Below, piece by piece: positions 1 through 8,544 of a stretch of DNA of 32,000 nt. Source of the stretch: Pasteurella multocida. GTDB taxonomy: Bacteria; Pseudomonadota; Gammaproteobacteria; Enterobacterales; Pasteurellaceae. The notes beneath the pieces are model-generated. The model worked only from the letters and a program-made list of their open reading frames with translations, had not been told where the DNA came from and did no database searches. The stretch spans positions 930,001 through 962,000 of the forward strand of contig NZ_LT906458.1 of the NCBI RefSeq assembly GCF_900187275.1, written 5' to 3'. The position numbers and the translations under genes are program-made. Positions within the stretch are counted from its first letter, which is position 1; each line of letters opens with the position of its first letter.

Positions 1-1
1 A

Positions 2-385
2 ATTTTAGTCAAACGCTCGCGCGAACAATTAGAAATGGAAATTAGCCAATATACGATTATCGATCGCGATGGTGTGATTATTGCTTGTGCTGCCTTAAAT
101 TGCTATGCCGATGAGAAAATGGCAGAAATGGCTTGTGTGGCGGTTCACCCAGATTACCGTAATTCTTCGCGTGGCGATATTTTATTAGAAGCTATCCAAA
201 AACGGGCTAAACAACTGGGAATTGAAAAGCTGTTTGTTCTCACAACGCGTACAGTACATTGGTTCCAAGAAAGAGGTTTTCAACTCGCAGAGATCGCAGA
301 TTTACCAGACAAAAAACGTCAACATTATAATTATCAACGTCGTTCCAAAATCTTGATTCAAGCGCTACAAAATAAAAAAGGCTAA
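2..385 (+). CDS. argA: Amino-acid N-acetyltransferase (N-acetylglutamate synthase), C-terminal GNAT domain; 5' end lies outside the window
   Basis: The frame is open from nt 2 ([11 protein letters not shown] precedes the listed Met). The translation matches the recalled ArgA C-terminus ([38 protein letters not shown]). Confidence 0.85.
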   Translation: MLVKRSREQLEMEISQYTIIDRDGVIIACAALNCYADEKMAEMACVAVHPDYRNSSRGDILLEAIQKRAKQLGIEKLFVLTTRTVHWFQERGFQLAEIADLPDKKRQHYNYQRRSKILIQALQNKKG

Positions 386-401
386 CTACGTTAGCCTTTT
401 T
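375..401. terminator. Bidirectional rho-independent terminator between convergent argA and manA
   Basis: aaaaaGGCTAAC-tac-GTTAGCCttttt: GC-containing stem flanked by an A-run and a T-run; overlaps the argA stop codon. Confidence 0.7.
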
Positions 402-419
402 CTCTTTTCGCTTCTTTAC

Positions 420-1622
420 TTAAGGCAGTGCAGAAATGACACAGTAGCCCTCTTCCAAACCTGTGATTTGATAGCCAGTTTCACTCTCAATAAAAGCTGA
501 TTCACCCTGTTTTAATTCAAGTACCTGCGTGCCTTGAGAAAGGGTAAGCTTTCCTTTCATCACTAACAAAATTTGTGCACTTTGCGCCTGGCAGGACTGT
601 GTTTGTCCTTGACAATAGTTAAATCGAGTAAGCGCAAAATCTTTAGCAGGAGTATGGTAAGTAAAATAAGCCTGTTGTGCTGGTGCCACTGGAATAATCT
701 CAGGTACCACTTCACGACAATCAATAATCGCTAGCAAGGCTTGGATATCCACATGTTTTGGGGTTAACCCACCACGAATCACATTATCTGAACACGCCAT
801 TAATTCAATATTTTGTCCACGTAAATACGCATGAGGAATACCCGCATCTTGGAAAATGCCCTCGCCTTCGCGTAAGTGCACAATATTAAATAAATAAAAG
901 CAAACAAGACCTGCATCCAATTTTGACGGTGCAATCGCCATCGCCTCCATCGTATAAAGAACCCAATAATCTGGATTGCTCAGCTCAAGTTGATTCGCGG
1001 CATATTTCGCTTTATTTTCTTCTATAATCGGCAATAACCATTGAGATAACTGTTCTTGATCTGCTTGCATAATGTCAGCATAAAAAGCATGCATATCTTG
1101 TTGTACAAGCTTCGTTGCCAGTCCTTGTAAAGAAGGACGTGCATTTAAGGTTGCAAGCATAGCCTGTTTCGTTTTAAACCCATGTAATAACCAAAAATCG
1201 GATAATGCAATCATCATTTCTGGCTTGTGATTATTGTCTTTATAAGTACGAATAGGACTTGTTAAGGCAATGCCTTGCGCATTCTCTTGCGCAAATCCAA
1301 TCTCTGCCTGTTTTTTTGTCGGATGTAATTGAATAGACAAGGGTTTTGCCACATCTAAAATCTTTAATAAATAAGGCAATTCTGAACCAAACTGGGACAG
1401 GCTCTTGTCGCCAAGTGCGGTTGGTTTTTGAGCTAAAAATGTAGCTAACGACGTTTCTTTGCCCTCAACATCAAGCATAGACGGTGCTGACACATGTGCA
1501 CCTAACCACCACTCTGCATAATACTGTTCTGTTTCTTTTTTCATCCCAAGTAAGGCAGGTAAATAGTCTTTCCCGCCCCAAACGTAATGCTGTAAACGAC
1601 CTGTTAATTGATAAATTCCCAT
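420..1622 (-). CDS. manA: Mannose-6-phosphate isomerase, class I
   Basis: 400 aa. The N-terminus (Y.WGG) and the zinc-ligand region SIQLHP are typical of type I PMI. Lies 11 nt downstream of yobD in the mannose PTS neighbourhood. Confidence 0.9.
   Translation of the reverse strand: MGIYQLTGRLQHYVWGGKDYLPALLGMKKETEQYYAEWWLGAHVSAPSMLDVEGKETSLATFLAQKPTALGDKSLSQFGSELPYLLKILDVAKPLSIQLHPTKKQAEIGFAQENAQGIALTSPIRTYKDNNHKPEMMIALSDFWLLHGFKTKQAMLATLNARPSLQGLATKLVQQDMHAFYADIMQADQEQLSQWLLPIIEENKAKYAANQLELSNPDYWVLYTMEAMAIAPSKLDAGLVCFYLFNIVHLREGEGIFQDAGIPHAYLRGQNIELMACSDNVIRGGLTPKHVDIQALLAIIDCREVVPEIIPVAPAQQAYFTYHTPAKDFALTRFNYCQGQTQSCQAQSAQILLVMKGKLTLSQGTQVLELKQGESAFIESETGYQITGLEEGYCVISALP
1413..1421 (+). 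repeat. DNA uptake signal sequence core (Hin-type AAGTGCGGT)
   Basis: Exact 9-mer followed by a T-rich tract (aagtgcggttggttttt). Confidence 0.8.
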
Positions 1623-1633
1623 ATATTCCCCTG

Positions 1634-2092
1634 TTATTTATAACCACCAAAAAATTGAATAACCTGTTCACGATCTTGATCTGTCAACAAATGCACTAAC
1701 AAACGTTTCCCATTTTTCATGTCAATCACAAGAATATTATTCTCTGCCAAATTCACCTGATGAATATCAGCATATTGAAAATAAATATTACCGAAGAAAA
1801 ACCCTTTCTCTTTTAAGAGTAACATGGGGGCGCGAATAAACGCCGCATACACACTCAGTAAAATTAAAGCAGTTAATAAGTACAGAGTGGCCGACGAAAG
1901 ATTGGTATAGGTTTGGTAAATGATAATGCCTATTAATAGACTAAAAATTAACGCATCCTTTTGTCCCTGCTTTTTCAGATGTACCTTAAGTAAGGTTTTT
2001 CCTTTCCAACAGTCCATGAAAAACTGATCGTAAAAAGCATAAAGTAAAAAGCAGAAAATACCCAAACACAGTAAGACGTTTATTATCATCAA
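1634..2092 (-). CDS. yobD: UPF0266/DUF986 inner-membrane protein YobD-like
   Basis: 152 aa, the same length as E. coli YobD. Shared motifs are AFYDQF and KGFFF.N. In E. coli yobD follows manXYZ. Confidence 0.75.
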   Translation of the reverse strand: MMIINVLLCLGIFCFLLYAFYDQFFMDCWKGKTLLKVHLKKQGQKDALIFSLLIGIIIYQTYTNLSSATLYLLTALILLSVYAAFIRAPMLLLKEKGFFFGNIYFQYADIHQVNLAENNILVIDMKNGKRLLVHLLTDQDREQVIQFFGGYK

Positions 2093-2242
2093 TTATATTA
2101 CTCACAAATAACTTACTTAGCTTTATTTTACAAAAAAGAGATGAACGCATTCAGCCTTTTTTATTTCCCTATCTGATTAGAGATTAGAAGAAACCAACAC
2201 GAAAGTCGTTAAAGTCCGCACGGAAGTATCAATAAATTTGCT

Positions 2243-2272
2243 AAAAAAGATAGACATGATGTCTATCTTTTT
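2243..2272 (-). terminator. Rho-independent terminator downstream of the porin gene
   Basis: AGATAGACAT-g-ATGTCTATCT palindrome followed by a T-run on the minus strand, 25 nt after the porin stop. Confidence 0.7.
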
Positions 2273-2296
2273 ATACGTCACTTTCCCAATAGAAAA

Positions 2297-3415
2297 CTAG
2301 AAAAATACGCGTAACCCTACCCCTAATTTATTATTTTTTACCTGATTGTTTGTACTGAATACTTTTACAGTTGGATTAACTTGATAATCATAAATATCAG
2401 AGGTGGCTTTCGCTTTCTCATACGCATATTCAACGTAAGCTAATACATTCTTATGCAATTTATAATCTGCACCCACAATCAACGTATCTACGCTTTTTTT
2501 CCAATTATGCACCACTAGGTAGTCAACTTCAGTACCAAATGCTAGATGATTTTTGACTTTTAAATTATTCCACTGAACATACACTTTTGACGGTTCAGTC
2601 ACTTGATAAGAAACGGATACGAGTAAATTCTGTATCGTTTTTTCTTTTGTATCATGTTCTTTACTGATCATTTTACCATATTCCGCGCCAAAACTCATAG
2701 AACCATACACAACTTGTGCAGCCATTCTCCAAGTAATATTAGTATATGCAGTTCGCGTACTCTCATAATCATATTTATTCACGCCATAACCCGCTGCCAA
2801 ATTTAGCATTAAATCCTGCGCTAACCCACGGCGATAGAATAACGACGTTTGATAAGCATATTTATCTTCATAATTACCTAGCGGATTATCTTTAACTGAA
2901 GTTTTTTTGTTCGCATTACCAAATACATAATCCAAACCTAAACTAAAACCGTGCCATTCTACTGAACGGAATTTAATAGATTTCTCAGCAGAAATTAATA
3001 AATTATTGTCAGCACCCCAAGCATAAGCATTATCATTAAGCTGGACATCATCCCCATTGGTAGCTTGTTTACCCAAAGTTAAAGTACCTATCCCTTCATA
3101 AGCTAAACCCGCGAATAACTTATTGGTGGTCGGATTACCAAATTTGCCTGAGGAAAATACATTATCCTCACTATCAAATCGGATTTCTAAACCACTTACT
3201 GCACTTAAACCACTCCCTAATTGATGAGTCACTTTCATGTCTAAACGAGAATCATCATTTTTTAAATCCACCCTTTTATTTTTTTCTTTAGCGAGTAATA
3301 CTCGAACAGATCCCCCAAGCTCGACAGTCGTGCCATCGTTATGATAAATAATGCTGGCATGTGCTGAAGTAGCAAATACGACTATTGTTGCTAGTGCGAT
3401 GATTGTTTTTTTCAT
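2297..3415 (-). CDS. Outer-membrane general porin (OmpP2/OmpC-like, Gram-negative porin family)
   Basis: 372 aa. Signal peptide MKKTIIALATIVVFATSAHA. Alternating beta-strand pattern. C-terminal GVGLRVFF ends in an aromatic residue, as is typical of OM beta-barrels. Confidence 0.8.
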   Translation of the reverse strand: MKKTIIALATIVVFATSAHASIIYHNDGTTVELGGSVRVLLAKEKNKRVDLKNDDSRLDMKVTHQLGSGLSAVSGLEIRFDSEDNVFSSGKFGNPTTNKLFAGLAYEGIGTLTLGKQATNGDDVQLNDNAYAWGADNNLLISAEKSIKFRSVEWHGFSLGLDYVFGNANKKTSVKDNPLGNYEDKYAYQTSLFYRRGLAQDLMLNLAAGYGVNKYDYESTRTAYTNITWRMAAQVVYGSMSFGAEYGKMISKEHDTKEKTIQNLLVSVSYQVTEPSKVYVQWNNLKVKNHLAFGTEVDYLVVHNWKKSVDTLIVGADYKLHKNVLAYVEYAYEKAKATSDIYDYQVNPTVKVFSTNNQVKNNKLGVGLRVFF

Positions 3416-3498
3416 TAATGTTGATCCTCTTAAAACTTAGGTTATGTATAAAGCAGGATAATTTTTATAATAAAATCAGTTACTTTATATCACGTTCA

Positions 3499-3527
3499 AT
3501 TCTCACCCTCTCAAACCTATATGTCAA
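3499..3527 (-). promoter_or_regulatory. Candidate sigma70 promoter of the porin gene
   Basis: On the minus strand: TTGACA (3527-3522), 17-nt spacer, GAGAAT (3504-3499). SD AAGAGGA lies before the ATG at 3415. Confidence 0.45.
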
Positions 3528-3650
3528 TTTAATCCACTAAAGTAGATTAAACTTCTTGTTGCTAGCGCACATTCATTAAATAACATTCAGAAATATCAAG
3601 AATAATTAAAATATAAATTATTTATATAAAAATAATGTATTCAATAAATA

Positions 3651-3681
3651 AAAAAAGCCCTATATTTTCAGTATAGGGCTT
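3651..3681 (-). terminator. Rho-independent terminator after manZ
   Basis: AAGCCCTATA-ttttcag-TATAGGGCTT followed by a T-run on the minus strand, 23 nt after the manZ stop. Confidence 0.8.
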
Positions 3682-3703
3682 AAAAATTAATCGACTATAA
3701 AGA

Positions 3704-4540
3704 CTAAGCTAAAATGCCAGTCCATGCACCAAAAATACCGATGGCAAAGAAACCAATAATAATCCACAAGGCATTGACCCGGTTACGTAATAACCACATA
3801 CAAGCAAAGGTCAACAATAATGGTAATAAGCCCGGCATTAAGCTATCTAAAATGGTTTGAATCGTTTCCACTTTGGTGCTGCCATCTTGCATTTGAATAT
3901 TGGCAACAACAAAAGGAACGTTGATACTGGTCCATTTCTGAACAAGCGCTCCCATGATAAATAAACCAAGAATTGACGCGCCTTCAGTCAGTTTTTGCAG
4001 TAAACCACCGCTCATATCACCGACTACATCGAGACCTTTTTTATAACCATAGGTCACGCCAAAATAACGGGTAGCTAAACGCACAAGATTAAACAATACA
4101 AAGAACAAAATTGGACCTAAGATATTACCGTTAATCGCTAATCCGGCACCTAATGCCGCGAATACTGGACGCGCGGTTCCCCAATAAATCGGATCACCCA
4201 CACCAGCTAACGGTCCCATTAAACCGACTTTAATCCCGTTGATTGCTGCATCGTCAATTTCTTTACCATTTGCACGTTCTTCTTCCATTGCAATGGTGAC
4301 GCCTAATACTGGCGCGGCAACGAAAGGTTGTGTATTGAAGAATTCTAAATGGCGTTTGATGGCATCTTTACGTTCTTGTGAGTTTGGATCAGGATATAAA
4401 CGTTTGATAACCGGTACCATTGAATAGGCAAATCCAAGCGCTTGCATCCGCTCAAAGTTCCAAGACCCTTGGAAAAGATTAGAACGACGTACTACTGCAT
4501 TTAAATCGCTTTGCGTTACTTTTTTCATTTCAGTTGTCAT
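3704..4540 (-). CDS. manZ: PTS mannose-family transporter subunit IID
   Basis: 278 aa polytopic protein. The N-terminal region (R....QGSWNFERMQ..GF) is typical of EIID-Man. Third gene of the manXYZ order. Confidence 0.9.
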   Translation of the reverse strand: MTTEMKKVTQSDLNAVVRRSNLFQGSWNFERMQALGFAYSMVPVIKRLYPDPNSQERKDAIKRHLEFFNTQPFVAAPVLGVTIAMEEERANGKEIDDAAINGIKVGLMGPLAGVGDPIYWGTARPVFAALGAGLAINGNILGPILFFVLFNLVRLATRYFGVTYGYKKGLDVVGDMSGGLLQKLTEGASILGLFIMGALVQKWTSINVPFVVANIQMQDGSTKVETIQTILDSLMPGLLPLLLTFACMWLLRNRVNALWIIIGFFAIGIFGAWTGILA

Positions 4541-4554
4541 TGTTGTAATTCCTA

Positions 4555-5358
4555 TTAATCTAATCTGTTATCAAGATCGTTGTTACCATTGCTCACCACT
4601 TGTACCACTTGCTTACTTTGGTTGTATTTCGGGTGAAGCTGAATATAAAGCACTGCCATGATCGCGCCTAATACCCCTAATGCCACTAAGTTAAACTCAG
4701 TGAAAGCTGCAATCACAAACCCTGCATAGAAGAATGGCATTAAATGCCCTGCACGCATCATATTGATCACCATTGCGTAACCCACGACAGCAATGAATCC
4801 ACCCGCTATTTTAAGCCCGGTCGTCACCACATCAGGAATCGCACTTAACATAGTTTGAACCGTATCTGTTCCCGCCGTCATGGCAACAATTAATGCAGGG
4901 ATTGCAATACGCATAGCTTGTAATAACAAAGCGGAACGGTGAATCCAATCTAATTTATTCAAATCACCGCTCTCAACAACATTATCCGCGGCATGTTGGA
5001 AACCAACCGTAATCGCACGGACAACATAAGTTAAGACTTGACCGGCTGCCGCCAATGGAATCGCAATCGCAATACCAGTTGAAATATCTTGACCACCGAC
5101 AATAACCAGAATAGTCGATACAACAGAAGCCAACGCCGCATCCGGCGCTAATGCTGCCCCGATATTCATCCAGCCTAAGGCTAACAATTCAAGCGTACCA
5201 CCAACAATGATACCCGTCTTAATGTCACCTAAGACAAGACCAATTAACGTACAAGCAATCAACGGACGGTGTGTTTGCCATTCATCCAAAATCGATCCCA
5301 TTCCTGATACACAAGCAACGAGAAAGACAAGTACAATTTGTAAAGTTGAAATTTCCAT
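4555..5358 (-). CDS. manY: PTS mannose-family transporter subunit IIC
   Basis: 267 aa hydrophobic protein lying between the IIAB and IID genes; EIIC-Man-like. Confidence 0.9.
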   Translation of the reverse strand: MEISTLQIVLVFLVACVSGMGSILDEWQTHRPLIACTLIGLVLGDIKTGIIVGGTLELLALGWMNIGAALAPDAALASVVSTILVIVGGQDISTGIAIAIPLAAAGQVLTYVVRAITVGFQHAADNVVESGDLNKLDWIHRSALLLQAMRIAIPALIVAMTAGTDTVQTMLSAIPDVVTTGLKIAGGFIAVVGYAMVINMMRAGHLMPFFYAGFVIAAFTEFNLVALGVLGAIMAVLYIQLHPKYNQSKQVVQVVSNGNNDLDNRLD

Positions 5359-5382
5359 TCTAATTTCCTTTTCTTAATATCA

Positions 5383-6357
5383 TTAGATGAGATTATTTTT
5401 CTTTAATAAATCCATCATATACTGACGGCTATCATTTGAGACTTTACGCACATCAAGCTCAATGTTTTGTGCATCCAGTTTCTTAAATGCCTCAATATCT
5501 TTATCATCGACAGCAACCGCACTGGTGATCATTTTTTTGCCATCTTTATACGCCATACCACCAACATTAATTGATTTAAACGCCACACCTGCTTCCATTA
5601 AACGGACAACATCGGTCGGATTAGTAAACAATAACATCATACGCTCGCCCGCATATTCTGGGTTGTTATATACACGGATCATTTTTTCTACATCCACGAC
5701 ATGTGCAGTTACGCCCGGCGGTGCAACACTTTTCAACATGGTTGAACGTACACTGTCCTTAGCCACATCATCATTGACTACAACAATACGGCTCACTTTA
5801 CTTTCTTTCGTCCAACGGGTTGCGACTTGACCATGAATTAAACGGTCATCAATACGTGCCAAACCAATTTCTAAATGCCCAACACCATTTGCGGTAACAA
5901 TTGTCGGTTCAACGGTTTTTTCTTCCACATTTTGGACTGGTGTTGCGACTTCCTCTTCCTCATAGCGTAATGCACGCACACCGGTGCGACCCGTTTCAAG
6001 CGCAATCGCTACCAGTTCAGGTAATGTTGGTCCATCATCACGTGCCATAAAGGTTTCCACTAACATCGGGACATTTACCCCAGTCACAATATCCATATTT
6101 GGCTTGCCATCAGCAACGCGATTTGCCGCATTAAATGGACTGCCACCCCAAGTATCCACTAAAAACAACACCTCATCACAATGGGATAAAGTGGTTGATA
6201 GTTTTTCTTGGTATTTGGTCATGATAGTTTCAGCATTTTCTCCTGGAACAAAATCGATAGTAGCAACATTGTCTTGCTCACCAATCAACATTTCCGTAGT
6301 TTTCAGCAATTGCTCTGCTGCTACCCCATGAGTCGCTATCATAATAGCAATTGTCAT
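5383..6357 (-). CDS. manX: PTS mannose-family enzyme IIAB
   Basis: 324 aa. IIA phospho-His context IMIATHG near the N-terminus. Ala/Pro/Glu-rich linker. IIB motif RIDDRLIHGQV. SD AAGGAG before the ATG. Confidence 0.9.
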   Translation of the reverse strand: MTIAIMIATHGVAAEQLLKTTEMLIGEQDNVATIDFVPGENAETIMTKYQEKLSTTLSHCDEVLFLVDTWGGSPFNAANRVADGKPNMDIVTGVNVPMLVETFMARDDGPTLPELVAIALETGRTGVRALRYEEEEVATPVQNVEEKTVEPTIVTANGVGHLEIGLARIDDRLIHGQVATRWTKESKVSRIVVVNDDVAKDSVRSTMLKSVAPPGVTAHVVDVEKMIRVYNNPEYAGERMMLLFTNPTDVVRLMEAGVAFKSINVGGMAYKDGKKMITSAVAVDDKDIEAFKKLDAQNIELDVRKVSNDSRQYMMDLLKKNNLI

Positions 6358-6408
6358 TGTTTGACTCCTTATAAAAATTAAAAATCAAATAGAGTTATCT
6401 GAGCGCGA

Positions 6409-6414
6409 ATTATA
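6409..6414 (-). promoter_or_regulatory. Candidate -10 hexamer (TATAAT) of the manXYZ promoter
   Basis: Perfect TATAAT on the minus strand. The implied TSS near 6402 puts the CRP site centre at about -41.5. Confidence 0.55.
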
Positions 6415-6435
6415 GAGTAAAGGATGAAATAACGA

Positions 6436-6451
6436 TGTGATTTAGATCACA
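6436..6451. promoter_or_regulatory. CRP binding site (TGTGA-N6-TCACA)
   Basis: TGTGAtttagaTCACA has both consensus half-sites perfect. Lies upstream of manX, whose E. coli orthologue is CRP-activated. Confidence 0.75.
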
Positions 6452-6477
6452 ATTTAATGGTATAGTTACGTTAAAAA

Positions 6478-6493
6478 TGTTGTACATGTCACA
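6478..6493. promoter_or_regulatory. Second, weaker CRP-like site
   Basis: TGTTGtacatgTCACA: one perfect and one imperfect half-site, 42 bp upstream of the first site. Confidence 0.4.
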
Positions 6494-6642
6494 TTTTTGA
6501 CCAATTTTATGGCGTATTACACCATTCTCAGCGCAGTTAAAAGTACTTCATTTGCTGATTTAAAAAATTATTCAAAATTTTTAACATTTCAATAACATAA
6601 TCATTTAAGAAAAATAATATAATATTTTCATTCGCTTTATTC

Positions 6643-6670
6643 TTGCAAAGCCGTCAAAAATCCGTAAACT
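6643..6670 (+). promoter_or_regulatory. Candidate sigma70 promoter of the MFS transporter gene
   Basis: TTGCAA, 16-nt spacer, TAAACT. Would give a leader of about 70 nt before the ATG at 6748. Confidence 0.4.
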
Positions 6671-6747
6671 ACGCGGCAATTTCTCATTCTGAGAAACCCC
6701 TCCTCCAACTTTAATGGGCTACCAGAGAGTAGCAAAAGGATCAAAAA

Positions 6748-7965
6748 ATGAATGACAATGTCAATAAAGACGGCTGGAAAGCTTTATTAGGATCTGCTGT
6801 CGGCTATGCAATGGATGGTTTCGATCTTCTTATCTTAGGTTTTATGTTATCGGCGATTTCTGCCGATCTCGCCTTAACCCCCGCCCAATCGGGCTCACTT
6901 GTCACTTGGACACTGATTGGCGCTGTCGCCGGTGGCATTATTTTTGGCGCACTCAGTGATAAATACGGTCGTGTACGTGTTTTAACGTGGACAATTGTGC
7001 TATTCGCTGTCTTTACCGGACTGTGTGCTTTTGCACAAGGTTACTGGGATCTCTTGATTTACCGTACCATTGCTGGCATCGGTCTTGGTGGCGAATTTGG
7101 TATCGGTATGGCATTAGCCGCCGAAGCCTGGCCGGCACGTCATCGTGCTAAAGCCTCTTCTTATGTTGCCCTAGGTTGGCAAGTGGGCGTACTGGGTGCC
7201 GCACTTCTCACACCATTATTATTACCGCACATTGGCTGGCGCGGCATGTTCTTGGTGGGCATTTTCCCTGCATTTGTCGCATGGTATTTACGTGCCAAAT
7301 TGCATGAACCAGAAATTTTTGTCAAAAAACAGACCGCACTTGAGCGTCAGAAAACTTCTCGTTTAGAGCCTTTCCGCTTACTGATTAAAGATAAAGCGAC
7401 AGCAAAAATTAGTGCCGGGATCGTGGTATTAACCTCAGTACAAAACTTCGGTTATTACGGGATCATGATTTGGATGCCAAATTTCTTATCAAAACAACTG
7501 GGATTTAGCTTGACCAAATCAGGTGTCTGGACCGCTGTCACTATTTGCGGGATGATGTTTGGTATTTGGTTATTCGGTCAACTTGCTGACCGCATTGGGC
7601 GTAAACCAAGTTTCTTACTCTTCCAATTCGGTGCGGTGATCAGTATTTTTACCTACTCTCAAATGTCAGATCCAACCTATATGTTGTTTGCTGGGGCAGT
7701 TTTAGGGATGTTCGTCAACGGGATGATGGGGGGCTATGGTGCATTGATGTCAGAGGCATACCCAACACAGGCTCGTGCTACAGCACAAAATGTATTATTT
7801 AACTTAGGACGTGCTGTTGGAGGATTTGGACCAATTGTAGTCGGCGCATTAGTTTCAACTTACTCTTTCCAATTGGCAATCGCTTTCTTAGCCAGTATTT
7901 ACATTATCGATATGATTGCGACAATCTTCTTGATTCCAGAATTAAAAGGTAAACAATTGGATTAA
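6748..7965 (+). CDS. Major facilitator superfamily transporter (substrate unknown)
   Basis: 405 aa, about 12 predicted TM segments. MFS motif A GALSDKYGRVRV between TM2 and TM3, and a second copy LADRIGRKP in the C-terminal half. Confidence 0.8.
   Translation: MNDNVNKDGWKALLGSAVGYAMDGFDLLILGFMLSAISADLALTPAQSGSLVTWTLIGAVAGGIIFGALSDKYGRVRVLTWTIVLFAVFTGLCAFAQGYWDLLIYRTIAGIGLGGEFGIGMALAAEAWPARHRAKASSYVALGWQVGVLGAALLTPLLLPHIGWRGMFLVGIFPAFVAWYLRAKLHEPEIFVKKQTALERQKTSRLEPFRLLIKDKATAKISAGIVVLTSVQNFGYYGIMIWMPNFLSKQLGFSLTKSGVWTAVTICGMMFGIWLFGQLADRIGRKPSFLLFQFGAVISIFTYSQMSDPTYMLFAGAVLGMFVNGMMGGYGALMSEAYPTQARATAQNVLFNLGRAVGGFGPIVVGALVSTYSFQLAIAFLASIYIIDMIATIFLIPELKGKQLD
7333..7341 (-). repeat. DNA uptake signal sequence core (Hin-type)
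   Basis: Exact ACCGCACTT (reverse complement of AAGTGCGGT). Confidence 0.75.
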
Positions 7966-7971
7966 TCATAC

Positions 7972-8008
7972 AAAAAAAGCGCGGTTCAATTTGACTTGAA
8001 CCGCTTTT
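7972..8008. terminator. Bidirectional terminator between the convergent MFS gene and yeeX
   Basis: A-run, GCGGTTCAA-tttgac-TTGAACCGC, T-run. Confidence 0.75.
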
Positions 8009-8010
8009 GA

Positions 8011-8352
8011 TCATTCTTTCTTCAACAAGACTTCGTGCGCTTGTTTTTGTTCTTTCATCTTTTCGCGAATTTCTCTACGCTGTTGCGAAATCTCCGCATT
8101 TCTGATCATGTAATCATCTACGCGTTTTTCATAATCTTCACGCATACTTTCAATAATCGTACGCACATCCTGAATCGACATGTCATCACGAATATATTGA
8201 TTTAAGTTATCTAGTAGTAATACACGTTTCTGATTATCACGAATTTTACGGTTATTATCTTCGCGATCGCGCGCGAGTTTGTTTTTTAAACGATACATAC
8301 GCACATACTCTAATACTTCTTGAAATGACTGTTTATTGACATTTTCCATCAT
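8011..8352 (-). CDS. yeeX: UPF0265/DUF496 protein YeeX-like
   Basis: 113 aa. Strong match to the recalled E. coli YeeX ([40 protein letters not shown]). Confidence 0.8.
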   Translation of the reverse strand: MMENVNKQSFQEVLEYVRMYRLKNKLARDREDNNRKIRDNQKRVLLLDNLNQYIRDDMSIQDVRTIIESMREDYEKRVDDYMIRNAEISQQRREIREKMKEQKQAHEVLLKKE

Positions 8353-8544
8353 ACGACTCTCTTAAAATAAATAAAAAATAAACCGTACTTAATTTAGCTA
8401 TTTTTCACCTCCCCGTCAAAGCGTTCGTGAACTTTTTAAAAAATTAAACAAAAAAATCCGCTTATTTCAGCCTTCCCCCATTGCCTAGAATGGGTTGAGG
8501 TGATAAAACTAGTCAATTATTTTGAGTAAAAAAAGGAAGTGACT

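Noticed and set aside
1471-1699. Short ORFs on both strands spanning the manA start and yobD end.
   Set aside because: They overlap two well-supported genes out of frame or antisense, and their translations are not protein-like.
5462-6331. Two plus-strand ORFs (122 and 115 aa) inside manX.
   Set aside because: They are antisense shadows of a well-supported gene, with Ser/Thr/Ala-rich low-complexity translations and no start context.
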